A DNA stretch of 64,000 bases from Strigamia acuminata. Its lineage: Eukaryota. Below, piece after piece: positions 35,018 to 49,386 of the stretch. The position numbers and the translations under genes were made by a program. Where the stretch lies: contig OX442314.1 of assembly GCA_949358305.1 (NCBI GenBank), forward strand, positions 124,001-188,000, in the 5' to 3' direction. Position 1 is the first letter of the stretch; the number at the start of each line of letters is the position of its first letter. The notes under the pieces were generated by a model. The model was not told where the DNA came from. It was given only the letters and a program-made list of their open reading frames with translations, and made no database searches.

Positions 35018-36371
35018 ATTGTGGAGTCTGGACACATTAAACCAAATCCGAATAAGGTGACGGCAATTCAATATTTTCCGGCGCCTACCAATATCAAAGA
35101 ATTACAAAGATTCAAAGGAATGATTGGCTATTATCAGTCATTTTTCCCAAATTATTCAAAAACATGCGAGGTGTTTCGCCCTTTGCTCAAAAAAGATTCC
35201 GAGTGGAAATGGACGATTCAACACCAAGAAGCATTTGATTCACTCAAGAGAGGATTGGCAGAACCAACTCTACACCGGAAGTTCCCAGATTGGACCAAGC
35301 CATACATATTACAGACAGACGCCAGCTATTCGGGTTTGGGCGCTGCACTTATGCAACTCAATGATCAAGGTGAGCGAACACCAATCGCCTTTGCATCACG
35401 TGCATTAAATTCTGCTGAGAAGAATTACAGCGTCACCGAGATTGAATGCTTGGCGGCGGTTTGGGCGGTCAAGAGATTTCGGGTGTATCTTGAGATGATG
35501 AATTTTTATTTGGAAAGCGATCATTTGTCGTTAAAGTGGCTTTTCCAGCAGCGAGAACCAAAAGGACGCCTGGCACGATGGGTTTTGTCCCTCAGTGAGT
35601 ATGGATTCACATTTCTTTACTGTTCGGGAGCACAGAATCGTGTTGCGGATGCTTTGAGCCGTGCGCCTGTGGAACCATCGGAACCATTGGATGCGGACGA
35701 CTCGCCTCTCGTTGATGAAACATGCTACATCGCCTATTTTGACGACCCAAATGATTGGCCAAAATTACCAATAATCAACATTATTGGAGTTGGATTAGCT
35801 GCGGCACAACAACGAAATGACGCAGCTGTGATGACGAGAGCGCAGAGACGACAACAGCAAGTTAAACCAAAATTGGGCAGGCCAAAGGGTTCTAAAAGTA
35901 AGAAGAGACCGCCACCAAATTATCAGGTATTAACTCGAGCCAGAGCACGTCAGCAGGCACAGGTTTCGACGCCTCATGGAGCTGACGCACCACTATCGCC
36001 TTTGATATCGCCCTTGCCATCGCCAAATTTGCCGACTACATCGTGTCCAACCCCTAATATGTTGAGCCCACCTGCAGGACCATCCGGAGCTGCACGACCG
36101 AATTTTGACGGATATGGAGGTCCGGATTCGGATTCGTCGGACGATTCAACAACATATCGACCGGCATGGATGGGACGTGCAGGATTTATTCTACAACAAG
36201 TGCGTCAAGATCGATCACAATTTCAAAGAAATGCATCGAGACGACCAATTGCTGATGAGCAACAGGACGAAGAAGAAGATGAGGCCGAACAAGCACATGA
36301 TGCGCCGCAGGATCACCAACCTTTTCGTCTGATACCAACAATTAACGAAATAATTTGCCGACAACACGAAG

Positions 36372-38285
36372 TATGACGGTTTACAATGGCTATAAATGCC
36401 TATTTTCTATCAAGAAAGCGCTGTTGCGCCTATATGATGGTATTTTTACAATATTCTGTGTAAAACTGATAAATGTCTAGAATAAAGTCATTTATGATGT
36501 TTCAAATACAAAGATGTTCGTTTATTAAGAATAAACACTAATTTCCACATGATACTAAAGTATCACGGCATAATTACGAAGATTCGTCTGCTAAAACCCG
36601 CATTTGTCAATGCTCCATATTGCCACTAGATGGCGCGATCGCAATTAGCGATAAATTCGAATACGAACTTGAAAACCTCATGATTAAATATAAACGTATA
36701 TTTAATCAAGTGAATAAATTGTGTTAAATATTAATATAAATATATATTAAGTATCTGACATTGTTAAATACAATGTAACTTCCATTTCTGCGGGACAGAA
36801 TGTTTAGCGATCAATCGGTCAACCGATCAATCTGATTGGTGGAACCCATTTCCGGTCCTGGGTATCCAGTTCCGGTTGTAACAAGGATTAGCATAATTTG
36901 CATAAATGCTCCTCCGTATCCACTTCCGGTGATACGGGATTGGAGGGATTCGTGGAACCCATGTTCCAATTGGATGACTGGATTAATCCTTAAATCCAGT
37001 CAGGTTATATAAACCCAAACAATCGGCCATTCCGCAGCTCTGTTTGATTATTTTCTGTTTGGTATTGTTACTTAAGAAATATGATTCGTTGTTCACGTAA
37101 AAAACCTTTTGGTTCTTTGTTGATTTATTCGCAAAGAACCGTTGCATGATTCTACAGAATCATGCCACCGCCGGCAATTGAAGTCGAAGTGCTGGGATTA
37201 TTATGTTGCATAAATGTTACAGTCTACGGTTGCGACGCCGAAGGAGAACCCGCCGTTGTGCAATTCAGTATCCTCCGGACAGGACCAAGTTGTCTTTTTC
37301 GGTATGAACGTATTCCGTTACCACGAGTAGCATCGGTATTGTTGAGAATCGGTTCCTTCACCTGATGGTGCCAAAGCAGTCTGTTTTACAGTAACCACGA
37401 GTAGCACCAAGTGTTTGGCAAGCTGATTCTCATGGTATTCGATGCCAAAGCAGTCGGTCTATTATTAGTACCGCGAGAGATAAAACTGCTGTGCGGAGCC
37501 GCGAGCTATCGACCCCTGTGTACGTGGTACCGTCAACCACTCGATGGACGACCGTGCTGCGACGCCGGGGACGCTTGATACCGTTCTGCATGGCAAGGCG
37601 TATATTCTAATCGATGGCAATTGTGTGTTGCGACGGGAAGCTTAATCTTCATTTTATTTATAACAGCAAAACTTAAACTCGACAACCAGTTGGACCAAAA
37701 TCAAGTCAGAAGACTTAATCTCATATTGAACTCAATATAACCGATAAGTTGACGACAACTTATTCCCGAAATATCTAAATAAGAATTCACAACGATATGA
37801 ATTAAATATAATTCATAAGTGGAATATTGATAAGTAAATGAATACATTTACTTACACCAATATCCTCCCAAAGTTGTGGCGGTGCAGACAAAGTCAACCG
37901 CAATGCTCAGATCATTCGATTTATCGACGTGCGATGATTTACACAGCGAACCAAGGAAACCAGCGAAGCCGTATCGGACTCCAGGACACAGCCATCCGGC
38001 TTAAGATGACATCTATAATCAGGTCGAGCGATGGGGAAACCGCTCCCATATTCCAGACCCGTAGTGATATTATTCTAGGGCCAGTTGGCCAATTCTTTGT
38101 ATAGTTTAATAGCTGATTTAACTTGCCAAATGTCGGCATTAGTCCTATGTATAATTTAGCCTTGATATTATTGTTTACCAACAATAAACTGTCTTGTATT
38201 TATCTCGTATTGTATTCACTGTTTATTTATTGCGATCTCTTCCCGGTACCATTGTTAAATGGGAGTTGTGGTCGTCACCGTCACA
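36372..38285 (+). repeat. Element B copy 2, 5' LTR
   Basis: TATGACGG...CCGTCACA, followed by the PBS. Confidence 0.95.
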
Positions 38286-41200
38286 CGTGGAGGTCCCACC
38301 GAGATTAGGTTGCAATTAAATTCGATAGAATTGTAAAAGTGAATTTTGAGATAAATATTTAACTAAAAGATTTAGTTAAAAAACAGACAAGTTTCAAACC
38401 ATGTTTATTTTCTTGAGAAACACCAAAACAGTCCTTTAACTAGGAATTTCGGAAGTTATAGACCTATCACACGATCACTGAAATAGGTTGCAAATTAATT
38501 CGATCGAATTGCAAAAGCGAATCTTGAATCCGATATTAACTAAAAAATTTTAGTTAAAACAGACAAATAGATTTTCAGTTTATATTTTCATGTGAAAAGT
38601 TAAACTGACGAAATGGAAACGTTTAGTGAACTCTCTTTACTATTTTCGTTCGACAATTTAAGGAATACGAAGTATTTTAAATAAGAAATCAAAAAAAGTT
38701 TCGAGTGAAATAAGAATACAGATATTTTTTTTTCGAAGTTTGTTTTATTTCGAAAAGCTAAAAACATACAAGTTTAGAAGGCGGACTTCTTACGAATTTA
38801 TCTTTCCACCTGAAAAGTTAAAACGAAGAAAACACCGCAACTATTTGGAAATATTTACAAGAAATTAAGTTTCTTGTAACTGTACGTCGACACCGATAGC
38901 CAGCGACCACGCGCCATAGCAATACGCGTCGATCTCCGTATCAAACGCAGCAGGGAAGCTACTCAAACCTTCAACGCAAGGTGCGAACGAATGCTTGGAA
39001 ATTATGGCGGACAACAGATAAAAGACAGCGGAGAAATGTTACAGAAGGTTCGTAGAGATTTATTTAAGTGTCGCGAACTAATTTTTCCACTGCCATCGGT
39101 ACCAAAGATAATTTAGTTGTTGGAGAAAAACAACACACTCCATTTCGCAGAAAAGATTTGCAAATCGAAATGAATATTACCTTTATTTGAAGGAATTAAC
39201 TATTTTCACAAAAAGTACATTTTTTCCTTCGGGACAATGGAAATTAAGAAAATATAAAATGGCGGCGAATGAAGTTGCCGACCACGTAGAATAGTATTTT
39301 TTACATTGAAAGTTACGAATCACGATAAACGCTTTCCCTCGGAAAAGTAAAAGGATTTCATTCAATCTTTCCTTTCGGAAATTTAACAGTGTTTTAAGTT
39401 TCCAACGATATTTGGGTCTCCCAAATTTTGAGAATTTCTAAATGAAATTTAGCTGTTTGAAAAACAACGAATATTTTTAGTAATCTAATCGGACATTTTC
39501 CCACATGATTTCTTAAAACCGGAATAACAAATCCATTTGTGGCTATGAACTTTGCCACATGAAATATTTACGGAGCGAATATTTTTTGATTGGATTGAAG
39601 CTTTAAAATCAGATAGCTGATTTAAACGAAGAAAATAAGTTTCAAAGTAATTATTTTTCTTTCGGAAAAATCAAATAAATCACCGCTGATGAAAAGTTGT
39701 ATTTTTCCATTCGAAAAAACTAAGAATTGCACAAGATTTATCTTCTATTTTGAACATAGATTTTATTCGGAAAAGGAAAGATTCTAGATACATTATTTTT
39801 CTCTAAAAATTAAGAATTTAGTCAATTTTCCTAAAGGTTAATGGAATGTCATCATATATTTCGTTCGTAATTTACGTGTTAAAGTTTAATCAGAAAAACG
39901 ATTGAATATGTTTTATTTGCGATAAGTAAAAGAAAGGTTCTTTAAAAATGGAATTTCGATGCAAATCCCACAGTAAAGGGAATGTTATGTGTGAGCAATT
40001 AACGAAAAGTTGGAATAACTTCATTTTATTTCATTCAAAAGTAGTTGTGAAAAATCAATTTCAAATATTTTTCAAAGAAAAATTATTTTTATCGGAAAAA
40101 AGTAATTTACATGTCCTCGCGCGGACCGAGTAGTAAACTGCTTAATTGTGACATCGATACTGTTATTGTGTCACGTGTTATACGGAATTCCAAACCAGTG
40201 AATTACGAATTTTGGCGCGATAGGAATAGAAGTTTGACAGTGAAAGTTCTCCAGATTTGTCTTTTCATTTGAAAAGTTCAAATTGAGGAAATGCTGCAGC
40301 AGATGAAGGTATTTACGACAATTGAGATTTAAATATTCTTTCATTCAAAAGATAAAAGATCTCTGCAAAAACATCTCGTTATTAGAGATAAGGGGGACGA
40401 AAATTATTAAAACGAATAATCAAAGACACGTCCTTCGTAAATATCGCAAAGGAATAACTAATTGTGAAAACAATTGTCCGCTCAGGAAAAGTGGAATTTA
40501 GCTAGATATTTTCTTTCGAAAAATCAAAGCAATTGTCATCAAAAAAGAAAGATTTGATGAATAATTTTTACCCAAAAGTCTAAAGGATTGTCGAATAGTT
40601 TTCTCCCGAAAAACAAGTACACATTTGTACCAATAACTTTATCGTTTAAAGTAAAATTTCGAATATTTTCTTTTGGAAGATTAGAGAATTAGATAATTTT
40701 TCTCGCAAAACAAATTTAAAGAATTTTAACGAATTTTTATTTGTTAAAAAAATTTGTTAAAAAAGGGGGAGATGGATGGTGAAAATTTATTTTTTCACAC
40801 TCGAAAAATGGAATTTAAACCCGAAAAAGTAAAGACTTGGTCAAATTATTCTTCCTATTGGAAATGAATACACAATGTTGGGAATCGAAAATAGATTTCA
40901 ATTACAAAGGAATGATTATTTGAACGATAATTGAATAAGAATAAGAAAAATTGAGAGTTTGAGAAAACTTTATTAAAGTTGTGGTTGTAACGATATCACA
41001 CACTAACGGAATAATTAAAAGAAAAATATTTTTTGAAGAAAAGTTATTTAATTATTTGGATTGGTAAAAATCCCAAAGTTCAAGAAGATTGAAGTAAGTT
41101 TATTTTATTTTCATTTGAAAAATACAATATTTTACGAATGTCTTCCCGAAGGAATTTTATTTTATCGGTAAAATTGAATCTCGAAGGGAACGGACTTAGT

Positions 41201-41564
41201 AGAGAACTACTAAATAGATGTAACGTCCTTTATACCATTGGCCGACACTAACATCCGCCAATCAGAAGTTGGGAGATCTAGGGATCCCCAGCCCCCTGCT
41301 ATTAAAGGAGGACCAGATCAGATACTGATCATTCGCATCCAGACCAGACCAGAAGACGTGTTCCAGAGTCATCTTGACCACGCCGTCCCGATTTCAGTCA
41401 CGATTCGAATTTTGTGTGCCGTGTAACCTGCAAAAGCTAACACGTGTCAAACAAACGCGAAGTTTAATTTTATTTTGTCAAAAGTAAAGTTTAGAAGTGT
41501 TTCTTGTTGAAAAGTGTATTATATTCGTCTTCTTTATAAATTAAAGAATTAAAATCGTCAGATT

Positions 41565-43058
41565 TTGAATTTTTTTATGGCTCAAAAACCATTGAATATG
41601 ATCGATCCAAAAGGAAATAATAAGCAGACAAACTTAAATTTAAGTTCTGTACCACTTGGCGATCAAACAGAAAAGATTCCCGATCATTTTACTCTGTATT
41701 GTAATCGTCATGGACTGGATAAAACCAAGTTTAAAAATATAATCGAAGCTTCAGACTATGTAAAAGCTAGGAACTGGCGAGATCGTACCCAATCTCAATC
41801 TTCACATCAAGATCCAGTACGGAATCCACAAACATACAGCCGAAACTTAGTGAATCAAGATTCTCATACTATGTTTCAAACATCCAGTAGGGGATCTAAG
41901 TTAGAAAAGTTTAAACCACCTAATTCGGTAGATAAGGGGGAAGAGAATTATAAACCTAATAATTCTCATCCAGAGAGTTCGTTAACTAACCAGTCGGTTG
42001 TTCAGAACAAATTAAAACTCGTTTACAATCGAGATCAGCTAATTTCAGTTCGATATGCTAATCCAGCTGAAGCACAACGATATGTGGCTAGCCTTAATCT
42101 GTCGATTAACCTACCGCTATCAAAAGAATTGGGAACCGTAAACAAAAGTTTTGGGCCACCAATATCAACGCAAAGGAAAGATATTCGGACTCCAAACAAA
42201 CATTTGCAGTCAAATAACGTACAACAACGTGCCCGATCGCCGATCACAAACTCATGTTTGCGGACGTATGATTTGTCTACCAAGAAGAGTCCCCAGCCAA
42301 GACAATTCTACCTAACGCCCATTTCAAATCGAAAAAAGGTCAAGCAAACTTTTCCCTTGAAAAAGTATTACCAACACGATAATGAGAATGATTTTAAACC
42401 TAAAAAAGAAAGTTTTTTGACTAACCCACGGGAGATCCGGTATCAATTCGAACAGTATTGTAAACAATACCAGTTAAATTCAGCTGAATTTAAAAATATA
42501 AACGAAGCGCAACAATTCGTATTTCGAAATCAATACCGTAACCAACGACTAAAACCCGTCCCAGTCGTCAATCTGACGGAGATACAACAATTTGCGTCTG
42601 GAAAGCAACCCTGCAATATCCAGAATAATTCATCTCAACGAGAGGAATTAAGAACTTCAAAAAAGCGTTTTCGGTCACCAAGTCCAGCTGGTGATGAAGA
42701 AACTTCAAATACAAACCAACATGTTCAAAAACTGACTGAAAACCCAGGTTTCCAATCATCAGTTCCACGACTTAGAGTCAAATATAGATCCCCTCGTTTG
42801 TTGCGGGATTTCACAATTCCAAATATGGGTCCTTTCCACGTATGGTTTTCCAATGAGGGTCCCATTCATGTATGGTTTTCCAGAGATGACCTAAAACAAA
42901 AAGTTGGGTCGTCACGGTCATTTACACTGCCAAGTCAGTACACTGTATGTAACTGCCCAAAGGAAAAACGTCGAAAGAAATCAGTACAGCAGGCTGAGAG
43001 ATCTCGGAAATTCGCAAATATGCGAGCTCAATATTTAGCAAAGAATCATGTTGATTAA
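41565..43058 (+). CDS. Element B orphan protein, copy 2
   Basis: 497 aa; differs from copy 1 by S>N, E>Q and K>E plus silent changes. Confidence 0.75.
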   Translation: MNFFMAQKPLNMIDPKGNNKQTNLNLSSVPLGDQTEKIPDHFTLYCNRHGLDKTKFKNIIEASDYVKARNWRDRTQSQSSHQDPVRNPQTYSRNLVNQDSHTMFQTSSRGSKLEKFKPPNSVDKGEENYKPNNSHPESSLTNQSVVQNKLKLVYNRDQLISVRYANPAEAQRYVASLNLSINLPLSKELGTVNKSFGPPISTQRKDIRTPNKHLQSNNVQQRARSPITNSCLRTYDLSTKKSPQPRQFYLTPISNRKKVKQTFPLKKYYQHDNENDFKPKKESFLTNPREIRYQFEQYCKQYQLNSAEFKNINEAQQFVFRNQYRNQRLKPVPVVNLTEIQQFASGKQPCNIQNNSSQREELRTSKKRFRSPSPAGDEETSNTNQHVQKLTENPGFQSSVPRLRVKYRSPRLLRDFTIPNMGPFHVWFSNEGPIHVWFSRDDLKQKVGSSRSFTLPSQYTVCNCPKEKRRKKSVQQAERSRKFANMRAQYLAKNHVD

Positions 43059-43653
43059 CATGATATGATACACAAAGATTCCCCGATTATAGTGTAAACA
43101 GAAAATCCTCTTCTAAAAATCATGACCTCTCTTCTAAAGAAAAGGGGGACAAAATATAAAGTTAAAATTAACAATTCTCGAAAAGTAATATTACAGTATT
43201 AAAAGACAACTTGTTTAAATTAAAATTAGTCAATTGTACAAAGAATACCAAGTGACTCCGGTCATGACAATTAAGGGGGACATTTTGATTCTTAAATTGT
43301 CAACTCTTATCATCTAAAAGCTATTTATTGTATATTTATAGCGATACATCTGACTAGGCATATGAAATAAATATTTTGTGATAACACAAATGATGATTTT
43401 ATGTATGACGAAAGTTTCTTCAAAAAGAAGACTTGGAAATAAATTCTGGACTTGAATTTAGGCTATTAGAAAAGATTATTTCGGCAGAAAATCAGAACTT
43501 AGATAATTCAAGTTAGTTTATGTAAACTCAAATTCGAAATTGGAAGTCACGGTATCTCCAAGATACATCAAGTCCGAAAATAGCATTTATGCTAATTAGG
43601 AGAATAACGAAAACTCTATAAAATATTATATAGTTGTGTTATTAAGGGGGATG

Positions 43654-45567
43654 TATGACGGTTTACAATGGCTATAAATGCCTATTTTCTATCAAGAAAG
43701 CGCTGTTGCGCCTATATGATGGTATTTTTACAATATTCTGTGTAAAACTGATAAATGTCTAGAATAAAGTCATTTATGATGTTTCAAATACAAAGATGTT
43801 CGTTTATTAAGAATAAACACTAATTTCCACATGATACTAAAGTATCACGGCATAATTACGAAGATTCGTCTGCTAAAACCCGCATTTGTCAATGCTCCAT
43901 ATTGCCACTAGATGGCGCGATCGCAATTAGCGATAAATTCGAATACGAACTTGAAAACCTCATGATTAAATATAAACGTATATTTAATCAAGTGAATAAA
44001 TTGTGTTAAATATTAATATAAATATATATTAAGTATCTGACATTGTTAAATACAATGTAACTTCCATTTCTGCGGGACAGAATGTTTAGCGATCAATCGG
44101 TCAACCGATCAATCTGATTGGTGGAACCCATTTCCGGTCCTGGGTATCCAGTTCCGGTTGTAACAAGGATTAGCATAATTTGCATAAATGCTCCTCCGTA
44201 TCCACTTCCGGTGATACGGGATTGGAGGGATTCGTGGAACCCATGTTCCAATTGGATGACTGGATTAATCCTTAAATCCAGTCAGGTTATATAAACCCAA
44301 ACAATCGGCCATTCCGCAGCTCTGTTTGATTATTTTCTGTTTGGTATTGTTACTTAAGAAATATGATTCGTTGTTCACGTAAAAAACCTTTTGGTTCTTT
44401 GTTGATTTATTCGCAAAGAACCGTTGCATGATTCTACAGAATCATGCCACCGCCGGCAATTGAAGTCGAAGTGCTGGGATTATTATGTTGCATAAATGTT
44501 ACAGTCTACGGTTGCGACGCCGAAGGAGAACCCGCCGTTGTGCAATTCAGTATCCTCCGGACAGGACCAAGTTGTCTTTTTCGGTATGAACGTATTCCGT
44601 TACCACGAGTAGCATCGGTATTGTTGAGAATCGGTTCCTTCACCTGATGGTGCCAAAGCAGTCTGTTTTACAGTAACCACGAGTAGCACCAAGTGTTTGG
44701 CAAGCTGATTCTCATGGTATTCGATGCCAAAGCAGTCGGTCTATTATTAGTACCGCGAGAGATAAAACTGCTGTGCGGAGCCGCGAGCTATCGACCCCTG
44801 TGTACGTGGTACCGTCAACCACTCGATGGACGACCGTGCTGCGACGCCGGGGACGCTTGATACCGTTCTGCATGGCAAGGCGTATATTCTAATCGATGGC
44901 AATTGTGTGTTGCGACGGGAAGCTTAATCTTCATTTTATTTATAACAGCAAAACTTAAACTCGACAACCAGTTGGACCAAAATCAAGTCAGAAGACTTAA
45001 TCTCATATTGAACTCAATATAACCGATAAGTTGACGACAACTTATTCCCGAAATATCTAAATAAGAATTCACAACGATATGAATTAAATATAATTCATAA
45101 GTGGAATATTGATAAGTAAATGAATACATTTACTTACACCAATATCCTCCCAAAGTTGTGGCGGTGCAGACAAAGTCAACCGCAATGCTCAGATCATTCG
45201 ATTTATCGACGTGCGATGATTTACACAGCGAACCAAGGAAACCAGCGAAGCCGTATCGGACTCCAGGACACAGCCATCCGGCTTAAGATGACATCTATAA
45301 TCAGGTCGAGCGATGGGGAAACCGCTCCCATATTCCAGACCCGTAGTGATATTATTCTAGGGCCAGTTGGCCAATTCTTTGTATAGTTTAATAGCTGATT
45401 TAACTTGCCAAATGTCGGCATTAGTCCTATGTATAATTTAGCCTTGATATTATTGTTTACCAACAATAAACTGTCTTGTATTTATCTCGTATTGTATTCA
45501 CTGTTTATTTATTGCGATCTCTTCCCGGTACCATTGTTAAATGGGAGTTGTGGTCGTCACCGTCACA
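43654..45567 (+). repeat. Element B copy 2, 3' LTR
   Basis: Preceded by the PPT; direct repeat of 36372-38285. Confidence 0.95.
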
Positions 45568-46112
45568 GAAGACACGTGGAGCGCCGAATTGATCGAATAT
45601 CTTGATCAAGGACATTTACCCAATGACCAAGTACAAGCAGCACGTATCAAATATCGTGCCGTAGATTTTGCTATTTATAAGGGAATGTTGTGTCGCTATC
45701 CACCGATCGACATAAATAAAATTCGCCGTAGAAGACAAATCTATTTGCCCTTAGTGTTACGTGAACAATATTTCAAGGCTCTGCATTACCCGCCGAGCTG
45801 CGGACATTTAGGAGTTGAAAAAACACTTCATCGACTCCGGGCCCGAGTTTATTGGCCAAAAATGAAAGAGGACGTTTTGCTTTGGATTCAGAAATGTGAA
45901 CCGTGTCAACGAGCTAAGTCGTTGAATCGCCTCCCATATGGACCAATGATTATGGCCAAACCACGACATTTGTTTCACACAATTTACATCGACTATTACG
46001 GTAAAAAGCCCCGATCGATTGGAGGACATTGTTACGCATTAGTAATTGTAGATGCCGCCAGTCGATGGTTGGATGTGAGATTGACTGAAGCATCTGACTG
46101 GAAGACAACAAT

Positions 46113-46327
46113 CAGTGTTGTGCGCGGTACACACAACATGGACCGCGGTCCCGGTACGCGTTACTGTACCGGCCGCAAAAAAGTAACGCGGTCCCGGTAC
46201 GCGTTACTTCCAACGATACCGCGGTCCCGGTACGCGTTACACCGTGTACCGCGTTCCAATACCGCGGTCCCGGTACAGTACCGAGACCGCGATTTTGCGG
46301 TACATCTCGCGGTACGCGATATTCTCG
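46113..46327. mobile_element. Truncated hAT end at the duplication junction, unit 2
   Basis: Same junction as 4490-4706. Confidence 0.92.
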
Positions 46328-46328
46328 G

Positions 46329-46718
46329 TTCAACAAAGTATTTACAGCATTGCTCGAGGACATGTCGACTTGTGCGCTTGATCCGGAAGATCCCAACAGC
46401 GAGAAAACAAATAAAGACCCGCCAAAAGAGTCTGCATCAGCGGCAGCACAAAAGTCTGATGTCCACGTCATGAATGCGACTACCACGCCAACACCTAGAA
46501 CGGATACACAGCACACATGTCCCAAGGACGTTGTCATTTTTCCAGCCGCTAAAGAAGCGCCTTCAGAGCCAAAGCTCCCGAAGAATGCTATGTGGAGAAA
46601 AACCCCAACGGATAAATGGTTCATGTCTGACAGGCAATCATGGAGGCCTGTGTGCCCCGTTTGCGGCAAGGAATGGATTCGTCAGTCGGGAAACGCAAGC
46701 GGCCTGCTCAAAGCATGA
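46329..46718 (+). pseudogene. gag: 3' fragment of gag, unit 2
   Basis: Matches 31960-32349. Confidence 0.9.
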
Positions 46719-48769
46719 GTCCAGAGAGTGGGTCGGATACAAACATCAAGGACTCTACTGAAAAGAAGACTGAAGAATCACCAGACATCGATGGAAGTAC
46801 AAAACCGTCTACTCCGACATCAGAGGCGCCATCTGCTGTTCGAGAAGACAACAACAAATCATTAAACCCGTCTACTGACATTAAATTAAATACACCAATC
46901 AAATCAGATTCAAGTAAATCAAAATCAAAAATACCCGGTGTCGTAACACCACAACCAACAAAATCAGCGCAACTTTCGTCTGTGAAAGCCAAGGAAACCC
47001 CCAAACAATCAACTTCGTTGACAACGCAGAGTGAGACGTTGCAAACAAACTTCGTTCTTTTGTCGCCTGAGGAATTGCAAAAATCCGACGAGCCAATAAT
47101 CGAAATTACGAAGATTGACCGCTTCAACAGAGAAGCACCATACATCAAGATAACATGGGCCAACGTGAGTTTTGTCGCACTTTTGGATTCAGGCGCTCAG
47201 ACATGTGTAATGTCGGAGTCGTTATTTAACAAACTTATAGCCAATATGGGTTTGGAATTGCTCGAACTTCACGAAACAGTGCGTACAGCGGCCGATGACA
47301 AAATTCCAGTTAAGGGATCTGTTAAACTGTCGGTGCGCGCACCTTTGGCCATCATTTCTTTCATTTGCTTAATTATACCCAAAACATCAGAGGACCTTCT
47401 GCTGGGAAGAGATTTCTGCAGAGCGGTTGGTCTGTGCGCAGACTTTGAATTGTGCCAGTGGTATTTGAAGGGATCACCGGAGCGAAGACAATTCATGACT
47501 TTAGAACAAGCTAATAAGTCGGAATCTGTTCTTTTGTTCCCCATCAAGAAGCCCGATGATACAAAGGACAGCATTAAGGATGTACCCAAGGTAGAAATTA
47601 ATAACATTAATTGTATTCTTCTAGAACATCGACCTTTGTCACAAGAGATTTTCGAATATCCAAATGACGATGCTCAGCACCAAATCAAGAGGATTCGGAA
47701 TCGTACACGAGATCAATGGTCATTGATATGGTCACCAAAGAGGAAGGATTCCATTAAAAAATCAAGAAAATTCAATTCATCATTGTTTTCAACGCTTAGC
47801 CAACGCAGACGTGCAAGACGACAGCGAAGACGCCTTTATGAATTGTCACCAACAATAAAACAACTTAACACGCAGGGAAGACAGCTTTTGCGTCGTGTAG
47901 ATGAAAATGCGCTCATGGCCAGAGTACACGATCATCCGACGATTTCGGAGCCACCTCTGGATGTTAATGTACTACAATATCAACCAAGCAGTGATCCAAC
48001 ACAACTGGACTGGATTTACGACCAGCTGTGGTCATCATTGACGGTACCCCAAATTCGTTTATTGATTCAGACTCTTCGACCAATTTCGAAAGTGTTTCGC
48101 GAAGAGGTTGGATTATGTAACAACACTCAGTTTGAAGTAAATTTAAAACCGGACTTTAGACCAATTCATGTGCCTGTAAGACCCGTTAACCCAGCAAAAA
48201 AGATGGTAATTGACGCTTATTTGGATCAAAAACTAAAACAAGGCATTATTCGTCGATCAAAAAGTGATTGTGCGGTGGCGCCTGTTGTTGTTCCAAAAAA
48301 GACTGGAGACTGGCGTACAGCCATGGATTTTAGACCAATGAATGCTCAAACTTTACCAGATGTCTACCCATTACCCGACATCGATAATATATTTTCTTAT
48401 TTAGGAGGATCAAATTGGTTTTCGATCATAGATGGACGAGAAGCCTTCCACCAGATTGGAGTGCGTCCGGGTGACGAGAGATTTCTCGCATTTATCACGC
48501 ACAGAGGACTTTTCGAGTATGTGAGAATGCCGTTTGGACCCATTAATGGCCCAGCAACTCTACAGAGAGCCATGAACAAGACTTTGTCGAAATATCTTTA
48601 CAAATTTGTGTTCGTTTATCTCGATGACGTCATAATTTTCAGCAAGACTTTCGAGGAGCATGTACAACATCTTAAAATTATTCTTCAAGCCTTGGATGAA
48701 GCGGGATTCACGATGAACGCCAACAAGACGGAATTATGTCGAACATCGCTCGAGGTTTTAGGACACATT

Positions 48770-49386
48770 AGGTGCGTTCAATTCCAAATGGTTTTCCCCG
48801 TTTTCGTCGTTTTCCTCGTTTTTGCTGTTTTCCAACACGGGATGTAGACGCATTTGACGTCACATTTCGAAAATCGGTTTTTTCGAAAACCGATTTCCTG
48901 AAAACTAGAAATTCGTGGTTTTCGTGGTTTTTCAAATCGTTTTCCCCCGGGCCGCCATTTTGTAATCGAATAGATCGGCGGTGGAAGCACACACAAAAAT
49001 GTAGGTTTAATGTTTTAATATTGCAAATTCAATTTGTATAATTATTAGGCCTTTAAGAACGATCGAATGCGCCCAAATTTCGGGTGCATGTGCGCGATCA
49101 AATGCGGCCAATTTTCGGGCGCATTTGCGCGATCGAATGCGGCCAATTTTAGGCTAATTTCCCGCTCCCAAATGAATAACAATAATACTATCAATTTAAA
49201 CAAACTTACATTACTATTAAATTAAATATATTTAAATACATTTACAGACTGAGCATGCTCCGTGGCTGTTGAAAGCTGTTGACAGCTGTTGGTAATAATG
49301 CTGCTCAATGTTGAAAACCGTTTTCATCGTTTTCGGAAAACGACGAAAAACGGTTTTTGAAAGCCATTTTAGAATTGAATGCACCT
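48770..49386. mobile_element. 617-bp MITE in RT, copy 4
   Basis: Same TIRs, TSD and site as the other copies. Confidence 0.9.

Larger units (their letters stand above)
36372..45567 (+). mobile_element. Non-autonomous LTR retroelement B, copy 2 (9196 bp)
   Basis: 1914-bp LTRs; GAAG TSD at 36368-36371 and 45568-45571; the empty site is visible at 3945-3948. Confidence 0.93.
32319..46112 (+). pseudogene. pol: Gypsy pol copy 3 (32319-34400, 35018-36371, 45572-46112); interrupted by the MITE and element B, ending at a hAT end
   Basis: Same protein as copies 1 and 2; QHE|DTWSAE is split by element B. Confidence 0.92.
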
